Virus record (IMG/VR): IMGVR_UViG_3300031578_000030
Span: 1 to 59,636 of that record
Source of the DNA: a virus
Taxonomy: Duplodnaviria > Caudoviricetes
Length of the DNA stretch: 59,636 nucleotides
Strand: one strand, 5' to 3'
Shown: in pieces, positions 16,955 to 26,495 of the stretch
How positions within the stretch are numbered: the first letter of the stretch is position 1
Layout of the letters: every line of letters begins with the position of its first letter
Translations under genes and position numbers: made by a program
The notes under the pieces: model-generated
Database searches by the model: none
The model's input: the letters and a program-made list of their open reading frames with translations, nothing else
What the model was told of the DNA's origin: nothing

Positions 16955-17871
16955 TCTGCACCTCCCTCCACTATTGCCTTGTGAACCTGGCTGGCCAACC
17001 GCTTCTCGGAGACCGCCCGCTCTTGCTCCGCAATCCACACGCGCCCCCTCTCGTCTCGCCGTATGGCGATATGGTGCCTTTCTACAGCCCAATCAATCCC
17101 GGCCTGCGGTACCACGTCCACGCCCGCCACGCCTTTTGTGATCGCTTGCCGGCCAAACTCCAGCGGCCGCCAGGTGTGGCCGTCCCGGTCCTTGTGCAGG
17201 GCGTTCCACGCACACCAGCCGAGTCGTTCCGGCGTGTCCGGCTGGCCGCCAAGCTGCAAGAAAAGCCGATCGGCTTTGCCAAACCCCACGCCAGAGAATC
17301 GCATCAAGATGTAGGCGTTCGCCCGGATCCTCTCCGCGGCTTTCGCCCCCCATTTCTCAATCAGCCTATCAATCAGCCTCTTGGGAAAATGTCCACCGGC
17401 CAACAGTTCCTCTAGATCGCGGGTGACAATCTCCCGGTCCTTGTGTGCTTGAAAATACGTGGCAGCCTCCGTGGCTTTTTCCTCCGTCAATCCTTTCACT
17501 TTGGCTGCCACTTCCTTCGGGCGATCCCTGATTGCGTCCAAGCTGCCTTGCCCGTACAGTTCCCAGATTGTCTGGGCCCGCTTGCGGCCGATCCCCGGGC
17601 CGCGCGTAAGGTAGGCGATCGTGCCCCGCTGGCCGACAGGCTGCGCCACACCGAAACTGTAGAAAGCGAACTGCTTGCCATACTTGGGATGCTCGCTCCA
17701 ATAGCCACGAAAGAGGTAGGTCAGACCGGATTCCAGTTCATCCTCCCGGGCGCGGCCCTTGACGGTAGTGCCGTCGACCAGCAGGGCAATCACGGTACGA
17801 TCATCGTCTTTACCGAAGATGTTGCGCTCGTAATCGAGAACGCCGGTAAGTTCTTCGTGGGTGCGTACCAT
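16951..17871 (-). CDS. RecD2 N-terminal-like protein (OB fold + HhH)
   Basis: GYWSEHPKYGKQF, GPGIGRKRAQTIWELYG, NAYIL..FSGVGFGKADRL, DGHT. Confidence 0.85.
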   Translation of the reverse strand: MVRTHEELTGVLDYERNIFGKDDDRTVIALLVDGTTVKGRAREDELESGLTYLFRGYWSEHPKYGKQFAFYSFGVAQPVGQRGTIAYLTRGPGIGRKRAQTIWELYGQGSLDAIRDRPKEVAAKVKGLTEEKATEAATYFQAHKDREIVTRDLEELLAGGHFPKRLIDRLIEKWGAKAAERIRANAYILMRFSGVGFGKADRLFLQLGGQPDTPERLGWCAWNALHKDRDGHTWRPLEFGRQAITKGVAGVDVVPQAGIDWAVERHHIAIRRDERGRVWIAEQERAVSEKRLASQVHKAIVEGGAE

Positions 17872-17881
17872 TCCGTCAGTC

Positions 17882-18175
17882 TCATGGCCTCGCAGAGAAA
17901 AGATGATAGCACGACCCCGACCACGACCGCGACCACGACCCCGACCGCGACCCCGACCACGACCCCGACCCCGACCGCGACCCCGACCACGACCCCGACC
18001 CCGACCGCGACCACGACCGCGACCACGACCCCGACCGCGACCGCGACCACGACCACGACTCCGCCCCCGCCCCCGACCACGACTCCGACCCCGACCCCGA
18101 CCCCGACCACGACTCCGACCCCGACCCCAGCCGCGAGGATCCCCAATCGGCTCGCAAGATTGTTTGATTCATCAT
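17882..18175 (-). CDS. Ser/Gly/Trp low-complexity protein
   Basis: ATGA coupling to the upstream gene; S-[GWRE] dipeptide repeats. Confidence 0.5.
   Translation of the reverse strand: MMNQTILRADWGSSRLGSGSESWSGSGSGSESWSGAGAESWSWSRSRSGSWSRSWSRSGSGSWSGSRSGSGSWSGSRSGSWSRSWSGSCYHLFSARP
17912..18126. repeat. hexanucleotide tandem repeat (V)CGAC(C/T)
   Basis: About 35 tandem CCGACC/ACGACC/GCGACC/CCGACT units. Confidence 0.9.
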
Positions 18176-18486
18176 TTCACCGTTTTTGGCAGAGGATGCC
18201 GCCAGAGCGTGGCATCAATAATTCCACCGCGAGGCACAATTACTGGATTGCTGTACGGCTCGACTTCGGATGGATTTCCTGTTTTGAGGCATTCGGAAAA
18301 TCGCCCCGTGTCCGGAATCCATGCGGCATCTTCAAGCACCAAGTCGCTGTCGGTGATCGAAACGATGCGGCCCGTGTAGTAGAAAGTGACGGCCCTGATG
18401 AGATAGGATTTTCCAACCTCAAAGGAATGGCTTGCTCCAGTGTCATTTCCGAACAATTCTTTCGCTTCCGCAATTGTCAAAGGCAT
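18172..18486 (-). CDS. DUF6948-like Sm-fold phage protein
   Basis: VGKSYLIRAVTFYYTGRIV...LVLEDAAWIPDTGRF. Confidence 0.65.
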   Translation of the reverse strand: MPLTIAEAKELFGNDTGASHSFEVGKSYLIRAVTFYYTGRIVSITDSDLVLEDAAWIPDTGRFSECLKTGNPSEVEPYSNPVIVPRGGIIDATLWRHPLPKTVK

Positions 18487-18590
18487 CAAAAGGTCTCCTG
18501 ATAAAGTTAAGGTAAACACGGCGGCGGGGAGAAGGATGAAATCGGGAAAGAACCCCGCCGCCGCATGGGCTATCCGGTCGATTGACGTAA

Positions 18591-19232
18591 TCACACCAAA
18601 CCAGCAAAGGGATCGGCGGCCGGTGTCGCGGGCGCTGCGGTCTGTTGCGGTGCCGCGGCTGCTGCCCCCACATCGCCGCCTGGCGAGGTCGTCCCGGGCG
18701 CACTTTCCCACCCCGGGATTCCTTTGCCTTTGGGATTGTCGACGCTCCACACGCGACCTTCGGCTTTCGCTGATGTTTTGGCGTTGCCCGCGGCATCCGT
18801 GTAGCTATCTTCCTTGATGACAATCAATACTTCGTGACCGACCATCGCCACCAGCCAGCCGGCATCGAATCCCTGGCGGGCCTTCTGCCTGGCCCGGATC
18901 TCTTCAGCACTTGTGGTTTTGGCCGCATAACACCACGCGAGCAACTGTTCCTTGGCAATTCGATTGCCCGTCTCGGTGTATTCGGATTTGGGCCACTTCA
19001 GGTATTCGGTGTGCTGCCGGCCAACAAGGCTTTCGTCCTTTGCCGCCATTACTTCACACTTGACTTCCGCACTGCCCCGCTCATTGCGGACGATCACCTG
19101 GGTAATCATGACCCGATAGCCGCCCACCGGAAGCTGGCCACCACCGCCGCTGCCCGGCTTGTCCGGGTCCACGTCGTTAAAATCGAAAGGGTCAAAGGAA
19201 GCCGCATTGGGGTCGAAACTATCAGCACTCAT
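18591..19232 (-). CDS. DUF669-like single-stranded DNA-binding protein
   Basis: LPVGGYRVMITQV, OB-like core, flexible Ala/Pro tail ending DPF; located in the recombination block. Confidence 0.6.
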   Translation of the reverse strand: MSADSFDPNAASFDPFDFNDVDPDKPGSGGGGQLPVGGYRVMITQVIVRNERGSAEVKCEVMAAKDESLVGRQHTEYLKWPKSEYTETGNRIAKEQLLAWCYAAKTTSAEEIRARQKARQGFDAGWLVAMVGHEVLIVIKEDSYTDAAGNAKTSAKAEGRVWSVDNPKGKGIPGWESAPGTTSPGGDVGAAAAAPQQTAAPATPAADPFAGLV

Positions 19233-19448
19233 TTTTCACTCCTTCTTTTTCCGCGGCCTCCAGGGCCGCTTGAATCTGGTTGAACTCGTCGATTTTGATC
19301 CACACCCGACCAGCCGCAACGTCGATCGTCGGCGGCCAGCCAATCGTTTTCTCGCCGATCTCGAATACCCGCCGGCTGCCATAGCGTTCGACCAACGGGA
19401 GAAAGCGCGGCGACCAGTGAGAAATCGGCGGCCACTGGTCAGCCGGCG

Positions 19449-20834
19449 TCAGTTTTTTGCTTGTTCCGGTTGCTTCTCTTGCGATAGTTGGGCATCGACT
19501 GCCTTTTGTAGTGTCGCCAGTAACGCCATCTGATGTGCTTCTGACAACTCGGTAAACCGACTGGCTCCTCGCTCAGCCATGGCCGCCTTCAGCTTTTCCG
19601 GATCGACGCCGCTCGAGGGTAGGAGTGCCTTGAACCGTTTGACGCGATCGTTTTTGCTCGCGGTTGCCGACGATGTTGTTGCCGGCGTGGTTGCCACTAC
19701 CGGTGGTTTCGTCCCGGCCTTGGCGTGCTCCGGTTCGGTCGCGGCCGCCAACCGCTTCCCTTCTTTTTCGAGGGCCAGTTCCCGTTTGATTGCCGCCGTG
19801 TCCGGTTGTGGCGGTGTGCTTTGCGCGGTTCGGCGAATGGTCGCCAGTTCCTTCTGCCGCTCCACGAGCGAAGCCTGCGCCGTGGCCGCCGTCGCCTGTG
19901 CCTCCGCTGTTGCCAGTCGAACCCGTTGTAGATCCATCTCGGTGACCGGCTTTTCGATCACCCGTTCGCCGGTGGCCGGCTTCTCAATGTTCGGCGGGTT
20001 GGCGATGTACTGGCGGATCGCCTGCACCGTGGCAACCGGTATCCGGCGCGGCATCAGTTCCACGATTTCAAGCTGGCCATCCTCATTCACGCGGGTATCT
20101 GACAGTCGGTGCTTCAACACGATTGCCGATGGAACGGCGGAGGTGTTGCCCTTTTCATCGGGCAACCGCTCCAGCCAGAGATAGAGCGATGCCAATTCCG
20201 CCAGCGTTTCCTTGCCGCGTGGCTCGCGACGGGTCGTCGGCTTGCCGGCTTTGAACTCGTCGCGCAAGTGGGTGGTGAAGTACAGACACCTGAACGCACC
20301 AGCAAAACCCATCAAGAGCTTTTTGTAGTGCGCTTTCATCGCGGCCATCAGAAGCGGGACGGAGTTGTCGATTTGGTTTTTGGTGTAGCCGTAAGCTGTC
20401 GGGTTTGCCTTTACGATGTCGACTTGACCGGACTCAATATCGTTGATCGGGTCGACGACGCACACCTCATATTGACCGGGCTTTACGTGGGTTGGGACCG
20501 AATTGAACCATTCAGCTGCCTGCCGCGCCGTCCAATGGGGGCCGTAGGCTTCGGTCAGGGTTTTTGGGACATCGATTCGCCTCCAGCCGGTACCCGCGTA
20601 ACTGGTGCCCGACTTCTCCAGATCGAGATAGAGAGTGCGAGGCTGACCGGCAAACGGGTGGCCTTCGGGATGAGCGCCCGGGGCGATGGAGGCCCCGAGA
20701 ATCGTCTTGCCCGTTGAAAATTCACCGGTCGCTCCGAACACCTCGATTTCCATGGGGGACCCCCAGGGCGTATCTGGCCAGAGCCGGCCCGGGGGCACGA
20801 CGACTTCCCTCTTCGCTTTCGTTTTTGGTGCCAT
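19449..20834 (-). CDS. AAA ATPase (Sak4/AAA_24-like recombination protein)
   Basis: GEFSTGKT Walker A, LYLDLE, CVVD, FTTH. Confidence 0.7.
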   Translation of the reverse strand: MAPKTKAKREVVVPPGRLWPDTPWGSPMEIEVFGATGEFSTGKTILGASIAPGAHPEGHPFAGQPRTLYLDLEKSGTSYAGTGWRRIDVPKTLTEAYGPHWTARQAAEWFNSVPTHVKPGQYEVCVVDPINDIESGQVDIVKANPTAYGYTKNQIDNSVPLLMAAMKAHYKKLLMGFAGAFRCLYFTTHLRDEFKAGKPTTRREPRGKETLAELASLYLWLERLPDEKGNTSAVPSAIVLKHRLSDTRVNEDGQLEIVELMPRRIPVATVQAIRQYIANPPNIEKPATGERVIEKPVTEMDLQRVRLATAEAQATAATAQASLVERQKELATIRRTAQSTPPQPDTAAIKRELALEKEGKRLAAATEPEHAKAGTKPPVVATTPATTSSATASKNDRVKRFKALLPSSGVDPEKLKAAMAERGASRFTELSEAHQMALLATLQKAVDAQLSQEKQPEQAKN

Positions 20835-20866
20835 CCTTCTTTTCTCCTTTGCTGATGTTAGAGCGG

Positions 20867-21730
20867 TTATACCATCCCCATCTTGGCCGCAATCGCAGCC
20901 GTCAGCCGCAGGTCCTGGGCGTTGTACTCCAATGCCTTGGTCCGGTCCTCGGGCGTCCCAAACCACAGCTTGGCGAAATCCGCACCTTTGACGCCTTCCG
21001 TTTTCTGCCCGACACCGAAGAAGGCCGCCAAGGCGTTGAGCGAGATCGTGTCACGCGACCCGCAGCTCCAGTGCTCCGTGGTGTCGCGGAAGAGCGGATG
21101 CCAGTATCTTCCATGCCGGATCTCCGGCGGTACGGCGACACCGAGCAACCACGAGCGCCGCACGAGAAATGGTAAATCGAATCCGTTGGAGTTGTGGCCG
21201 ATCAAGGGTATCTTGTCGCCTAGGGCTGCCTCGCTAATCTCCCAGAACATTGCGAGGTTGGCTGCTTCGTTAGAATCGGCCAACAGATAAAATTCGTCGC
21301 GCTCCATGGTGCCCAGAAGAAGTACGCGGCCAGTGATCGGCGAGAATGCCGCCTTGACTACGAATTCATCCCACGCCCTGGCCTTGTACTCTTCGTGCTT
21401 GACAACAACGGTTTCCGGCTTCCACCGTTTGTCGCAGTCGGCCGCGAACTCCTCCAGCGTCTTCTCGTGATAGAGGGTTCGGAGTTCATCATCCGGCCGC
21501 GGGCCGGTTTCGATGTCGAAAAAGACTGCCGGAAGTCTGGTTGTCGAGCGGTCGATTGTCTCTTTCGTCCAGGTTTCTAATTCCCCGAATAGTTCACTTA
21601 CCTCTGGCCGCTCGGCGTCTAGCGCAGCTTCGCCGGCTCCATTTTCCTCGCCTATTCCCGATAGATCGAATCCGTACGATTCACGCCGCGCTTGTTCAAC
21701 GATCTCCGACATGATGTCTGGTGGCATCAC
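20867..21730 (-). CDS. 3'-5' exonuclease (DEDD, PolB/RNase H-like)
   Basis: FFDIET, GHNSNGFDLPFL, YNAQD. Confidence 0.85.
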   Translation of the reverse strand: MMPPDIMSEIVEQARRESYGFDLSGIGEENGAGEAALDAERPEVSELFGELETWTKETIDRSTTRLPAVFFDIETGPRPDDELRTLYHEKTLEEFAADCDKRWKPETVVVKHEEYKARAWDEFVVKAAFSPITGRVLLLGTMERDEFYLLADSNEAANLAMFWEISEAALGDKIPLIGHNSNGFDLPFLVRRSWLLGVAVPPEIRHGRYWHPLFRDTTEHWSCGSRDTISLNALAAFFGVGQKTEGVKGADFAKLWFGTPEDRTKALEYNAQDLRLTAAIAAKMGMV

Positions 21731-21906
21731 GTTCTCCTTGTTTGGTTGTCGCGTCGGTCCAATTCTTCCTCGATCTCATAGAGCGGTACGCCCTTGGCTA
21801 TCAAGCCACGGATAGCCGCGTCGGTGTCGTCGTCCGACAGCTTGGGGGCCAGCGCCCGCTCGGCGGCGTCAAGACCAGCGAGTAGGGCTTGTTCAAGTGC
21901 GGTCAT
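21727..21906 (-). CDS. 59 aa hypothetical protein (absent from the ORF track)
   Basis: MTALEQALLAG...QTRRT; ATGA and GTGA overlaps with both neighbours. Confidence 0.6.
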   Translation of the reverse strand: MTALEQALLAGLDAAERALAPKLSDDDTDAAIRGLIAKGVPLYEIEEELDRRDNQTRRT

Positions 21907-23279
21907 GGTGTCTTCTCCGTTTCTCGCTCAATCGCCGCAACGGGGTCCACGGCGGCGGGGAAGTCGACGGGCCTTCGTTGACCTGCTGCTTTGCCGTCAC
22001 GCAGGAGCAAGTGGCACTCGCCGCCTTCGCCGACTCGCTCCAAAAAAATGTGGCCCTCATGCTTTTCAGCCAACCCCACAACCCGAGCCAAGGAATCCTG
22101 GTCCAGGAGGCTTCCGTCGCGGATCACGAGGATCTTCAGCTTGGGATTCATGGCGAATCCCATGGCAACGGACACCTCTAACTCTTCACCCGAGGATGCT
22201 TGCTCGAAGGGGAGGCCGCCAAACGTGACACCTTCCTCATTGAAGCCCAACCCTTCAACGGGCCACTTGGCCTCTTGATACCACTTGGCTTTCGTGGCGT
22301 CGTATTCGGCAAGTTGCTCCGTCAGTTTTATGGCCGCTACCTTTCGCACCAACAATTCTTCCACCAAAGCGGCTTTAGCGGCATTGGCCCGAACCTGCTG
22401 GTTCGTGTCTTCGGCCTGGCTGATTTGGAGGCGAATCTCCTCGGCATCGGCACGCTCCGCTTGAACGGCTCTGGCGCTTTCACGCTCGGCCACCTCGGTA
22501 GCTGTCGTGAGATCCTGCCGCGCTGAGTCACAGGCCCGTCTCATATGTTCAAACTGTGCCTCCAGTTCGATGGCTCGGGAGTTGAGTTTCTCGACATTCT
22601 GACGGAGGATCTCCGCTTTCTGGACCTGCGCATCACAGTCCCGGTTCACGACCTGCCGGCGCTCTAACTCCGCCACAAGATCCTTGATGATAACTTCCGC
22701 GACCGGGGCCTCGGGGTGTTCGGGCATCGCCGACAATCGCTCAGAAAGATTCCGGACCTCGGCGTTGACTGCCGTTCGGGTCGCGTAGGTTTTCGCGCGG
22801 TTGGCTTCCAGGTCGTCAAGCACCGCTGGGTCTAGCCCGATGAGTTCCCGCAATGCTTCGGCTTGCTCTTTCGGCTTCAGACGTGTAAAGGCTAAGGGAT
22901 CAAACGTCGCCGTCGAAAGTAGACTATTCAAGATTCCTTGGGGAGTGGGGGCCAAATAGCCATCGTCCGACTTGATTTCCAACTCGGAAATGATGGCGTC
23001 ACCGTTGCGAGAAAATCGGCGGGTCACCACACAAGCGGGTAGCAGCGTATCGGCGTCTCCGTCCAGATGAATAGAGACCAACGCCTTCTCTTGACCTGTG
23101 CGAATCGGCTTGGATGGGCAAAGCTTCTTGCCACCCAAGCAGTAGGCGATTGCATCAAGGAATGACGATTTGCCGGCAGCATTCTTGCCGCCCACGATTG
23201 TCACCGCCCCGTTTGGTGCAAATCGAACGTACTCAACACGCTTGATGTCCCGAACTTCCACACTCGTGATCTTGGTCAT
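21903..23279 (-). CDS. SMC/Rad50-like ATPase with coiled coil
   Basis: GKNAAGKSS, long coiled coil, ASSGE signature, LVIRDGSLLD; GGAGG RBS (frame open back to 23414). Confidence 0.85.
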   Translation of the reverse strand: MTKITSVEVRDIKRVEYVRFAPNGAVTIVGGKNAAGKSSFLDAIAYCLGGKKLCPSKPIRTGQEKALVSIHLDGDADTLLPACVVTRRFSRNGDAIISELEIKSDDGYLAPTPQGILNSLLSTATFDPLAFTRLKPKEQAEALRELIGLDPAVLDDLEANRAKTYATRTAVNAEVRNLSERLSAMPEHPEAPVAEVIIKDLVAELERRQVVNRDCDAQVQKAEILRQNVEKLNSRAIELEAQFEHMRRACDSARQDLTTATEVAERESARAVQAERADAEEIRLQISQAEDTNQQVRANAAKAALVEELLVRKVAAIKLTEQLAEYDATKAKWYQEAKWPVEGLGFNEEGVTFGGLPFEQASSGEELEVSVAMGFAMNPKLKILVIRDGSLLDQDSLARVVGLAEKHEGHIFLERVGEGGECHLLLRDGKAAGQRRPVDFPAAVDPVAAIERETEKTP

Positions 23280-23492
23280 GGTTTCCTCCCATGCAAAGGG
23301 TTCTTCCTTCAGCCGCCGCTCGGCGTCTTCGATGGCCCACTGCTCGACTTGCTCAGGCGTCGGGCGGGCGGTTCGCGGCGGGTCGATCGGCGGATCGTAG
23401 CGATCATCTTTCATAGCTCGAATCCATGCCCCGCCTCACCTCCGTGGCTCAGCGGGGCATCGCATCCATACACGCCGTATCCGGCGGCTCCG

Positions 23493-24089
23493 TTATGCAA
23501 ATGTCACGTATAAGGTGCATCGCCCCAGTGGCTCGATTCGAGCGGCTGGATCGGGCGTAACGACGTGGAGAGTATCTCGCATTCTCAGCAGACCTGAGCG
23601 AAGAATGGCCATTTTGTCGGTGTACTGGACGACCAGAACAATATCGCCCGTGTTGAGCTGATAGGCACCGACAGGCGAGACTACGCGCGCCGGGCCGAGC
23701 GGGGCTTGACGCCACGGAACACCCGGTTCCTGTGGCTCTTGGTCTACGAGTTCGATTTTGATCTTCATTTCGATCTCCTTTTCCTGTTGGGCCTCCCATT
23801 CCGCGCGCCGGGCACGGATGTAGTCGAGCACGGCCTGGGCGTTGGCGCGGGTGGGCGAGATCCGCCATTGGTCCCATAGTCCGTTGCAGCACCCCTTTTC
23901 TCCGTCCAGAGGACAGGCTTGCCCTGCCGGAGTGCAATTACCGGGACTTAATGCGCAGAACGGACACGAGTCACAAGGCTTGCCGTCCCTGATCGCTTCC
24001 CACCTGGCTACAGTCTGGTCCCACGTTTTCTCGGTGATTTGTGGCTTTGGACCAGCCTTTGAATTTTCCTTCGATAACCAAGCCATCAT
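23493..24089 (-). CDS. hypothetical protein
   Basis: 198 aa, GGAGG RBS, CPFC motif. Confidence 0.6.
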   Translation of the reverse strand: MMAWLSKENSKAGPKPQITEKTWDQTVARWEAIRDGKPCDSCPFCALSPGNCTPAGQACPLDGEKGCCNGLWDQWRISPTRANAQAVLDYIRARRAEWEAQQEKEIEMKIKIELVDQEPQEPGVPWRQAPLGPARVVSPVGAYQLNTGDIVLVVQYTDKMAILRSGLLRMRDTLHVVTPDPAARIEPLGRCTLYVTFA

Positions 24090-24202
24090 GTCCTCCCATC
24101 ATGACCCGACCGGCGCGCCCCGGCGTCTCGGGGCGCGCACCGCGACCATGCGTCGGCCGGGTCGATTCCGTTTGTGCGTTATGCGTCCGTGCCATCGATC
24201 CG

Positions 24203-24643
24203 TTACTCCTCGTCAGAAAGCACGGCGACGACGCCTTGCAGCGCGCCGCTGGTAAACTTCACCACATCGCGTGTCCTACTTTTCGCGGCATAGTGTACAT
24301 CGCCGAGTGCTTCAATGAGCCGGCATGATTCACCCCTGATCCGATATCTGCTGACAATCAGGGGAGCCAATGATGCGATGCCCCTCGGCGAAGCTGGCAC
24401 GTCATACTCAACCGTGCCATCGTGATGCGGCCACGCATGCGTGCAAGTCGGAAAGTTGTGGAAGAGCTGATAGGTCGTTCTGGGGCGCTTGCGACCATCG
24501 TCGGTGTCCGGTTTCGTCGTCGGTTCGCGCACGGCGATTCTGCCATTGGTCGCGTACCGCCAACCATGGAAGACCCAAGGTTTGTCAAGGTCATATCGCT
24601 CAGCTTTTGAGCCGCAGAATGCGAGCAATCGATCCGTTGGCAT
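24203..24643 (-). CDS. hypothetical protein
   Basis: Start MPTDRLL after GGAGG; YATNGRIAVR motif. Confidence 0.65.
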   Translation of the reverse strand: MPTDRLLAFCGSKAERYDLDKPWVFHGWRYATNGRIAVREPTTKPDTDDGRKRPRTTYQLFHNFPTCTHAWPHHDGTVEYDVPASPRGIASLAPLIVSRYRIRGESCRLIEALGDVHYAAKSRTRDVVKFTSGALQGVVAVLSDEE

Positions 24644-24796
24644 GTCGTCCTCCGTGTTAAAGAGCCCCCGGGACCGACAGGACGTTCTTTGGTACTCCGC
24701 TACTTGCATAGCCAAGCGTCTCACCGCGTACTGCGCCTTGAGAAGTTGCTTTGCAGATTCGCTGCGTGACGCGAACACGCCGCTGCCGCACGCCTG

Positions 24797-24967
24797 TTAC
24801 ACACCAAATAGGGGTGCAAACCAACCACCCCAGTACAGTAAGCCGTTGGCAATCACGAAACCTATCATGGATGTACCGAAGTTGTGTTTGTACTCTTCGC
24901 CGTGCTTTGCCAACGTTATGCCCAGCCCAAGCATTTGCAGTGCCAGCAAGACCAGAATCGGGAACAT
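24797..24967 (-). CDS. small membrane protein
   Basis: Two hydrophobic segments, KHGE, LLYWGGWF; AGGAGG RBS. Confidence 0.65.
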   Translation of the reverse strand: MFPILVLLALQMLGLGITLAKHGEEYKHNFGTSMIGFVIANGLLYWGGWFAPLFGV

Positions 24968-25219
24968 CTCTATCCTCCTTGGATACAAGAAAAAGGCGTG
25001 CGACGGGCCGGTTCGAGGCATCGCTTCCCGATCCACCCGCGGAATGCTCGGACAATGCCGGCCTAGTCCGCCGCACGTCCAGGTGCCGTATTTCTACGAC
25101 CACTTCATGGTGCACCTCTCTTTCTGGACAGGTACCGCCATTTGGCGGCGATTCCAAACCCAAAAACAGATTTGACAGTGCACGTTGCCATAAAACAGGG
25201 ATTAGTCCAAGGCGTGCGA

Positions 25220-25295
25220 TGACTCCAGTCGGGACTCGAACCCAATCCTCGGCTGCCACGCCGCGTGCTACGGGCCAAACAACACTCCTGGGGCC
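25220..25295 (-). tRNA. tRNA-like / pseudo-tRNA
   Basis: T-arm TTGGG-TTCGAGT-CCCGA, D-arm GTGTT/AGCAC and a near-complete acceptor stem; anticodon arm is aberrant (CGGC-GTGGCA-GCCG). Confidence 0.5.
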
Positions 25296-25377
25296 GTGCA
25301 ATCTTGGGTTGGCTCCCTCATGCAAAGCCACGCCTGTTCGACGCCGCCGCCGCACGCCTGTTGGATTCGTTACCATC

Positions 25378-25662
25378 TCAAGTCCGAATTTTGCTGGTGA
25401 CCACATAGGGGCGATTGACCAGCCGGCAGCCGAGATCGGGGCCGGCCGTCAGCCGCAAAACACATCGGGCGCCGTCACGGTCCAATGCTTCGATCCACTC
25501 GCCATCACCGTTCCAGCAGAATCGCTTGAAGGTAAACGGCCCCTTGGCCGTCATGGCAATGCGGCGAGAGCCCTCGTAGTACGGCCCGCCACTGGTACGG
25601 AACCGGTCGCCGGGTCGGAGAATCGACCGCGGGCCGAAGCGGTACTCTAGTTCGACTTGCAT
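25378..25662 (-). CDS. hypothetical protein
   Basis: 94 aa ORF. Confidence 0.6.
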   Translation of the reverse strand: MQVELEYRFGPRSILRPGDRFRTSGGPYYEGSRRIAMTAKGPFTFKRFCWNGDGEWIEALDRDGARCVLRLTAGPDLGCRLVNRPYVVTSKIRT

Positions 25663-25738
25663 ACGTCGCTTTCAAAAGAACCGTCCCCCGATGTTGAGCG
25701 GGGGACGGTCTCGCGGGGAGGAGCCACCAGGAGAGAAA

Positions 25739-25813
25739 TGGGGGAGGCGGGAATCGAACCCGCAACCTCGGGCTTATGAAGCCCGCGAGCTAACCGTGTT
25801 GCTCCACTCCCCG
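25739..25813 (-). tRNA. tRNA-Met (CAT), initiator-like
   Basis: CGGGGAG TGGAGCAACACGGTTAGCTCG CGGGC TTCATAA GCCCG AGGTT GCGGG TTCGATT CCCGC CTCCCCC A; full cloverleaf, unpaired 1:72, A11:U24. Confidence 0.9.
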
Positions 25814-25976
25814 TTGAAAAAACGGCGGCCCGATCGCTGACTACGATGGACCGCCGCCCGCCGAATTCGGTTGCTTGACTGGGGGTAGGGGCAGTCCCGC
25901 AACCGATTGTTGGCTTCTGTAGATACCCCAACAGTAACCCTCGCCATAGCATAGCCCTACCCTCCGAGTTGTGTTG

Positions 25977-26186
25977 TCAACTTCCCATGACCAGCTTCCG
26001 CATTGCGGTATCACGATTGATGCGGGCTGGTTTCGCTCGTCTGGCAGCTTCGAGTTTCTTCCAGGTCGTCTTGTTCTCGCGTACCAGTCGGGCGGCTGCC
26101 CGGTAATCTCGTTTGCACAGGCCGCGGCAGTACAGCTCTTTCGCTGGGCAGACAAGACAGTGCTCTTGTTTCCGCTGTTTCCGCAT
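25977..26186 (-). CDS. small Zn-finger-like protein
   Basis: CLVC...RGLCKRDY. Confidence 0.6.
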   Translation of the reverse strand: MRKQRKQEHCLVCPAKELYCRGLCKRDYRAAARLVRENKTTWKKLEAARRAKPARINRDTAMRKLVMGS

Positions 26187-26198
26187 CGGTCGTCCGTG

Positions 26199-26495
26199 TC
26201 AGATTCCGTGCCTCGCCGCCAACTGCCGGCGAGCATCCGTGTGATTCCGTTGTGGGGTGATCGCCTCTGCCGCGTTGTTTGCCTCAGTCAACGCCGCGAT
26301 GAAACGATGAATGGCCGCCATACTGGTGAGTCGTCGCCTGCCGAGCCGAACGGTTTCGAGTGTCACGGTCTGGTTGCCGACCAGCACGCCGGAAGTCACC
26401 CAGACGTAGATGGTCTGGTAGCTGACTTTCTTGCCCGGCATCTTGTCGGCAGCGGCTTGTAGGGTCATCAGCGGTTCGGTTCGCGGGTCGATCAT
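26199..26495 (-). CDS. DUF1580 / excisionase-like HTH protein
   Basis: EPLMTLQAAA...TIYVWVTSG...LETVRLGRRRLTSMAAIHRF; located close to attP. Confidence 0.8.
   Translation of the reverse strand: MIDPRTEPLMTLQAAADKMPGKKVSYQTIYVWVTSGVLVGNQTVTLETVRLGRRRLTSMAAIHRFIAALTEANNAAEAITPQRNHTDARRQLAARHGI

Noticed and set aside
17443-18501. Long + strand Thr/Pro or Arg/Pro ORFs and the Val/Gly - strand ORF
   Set aside because: These are alternative frames of the hexamer repeat and overlap better-supported - strand genes.
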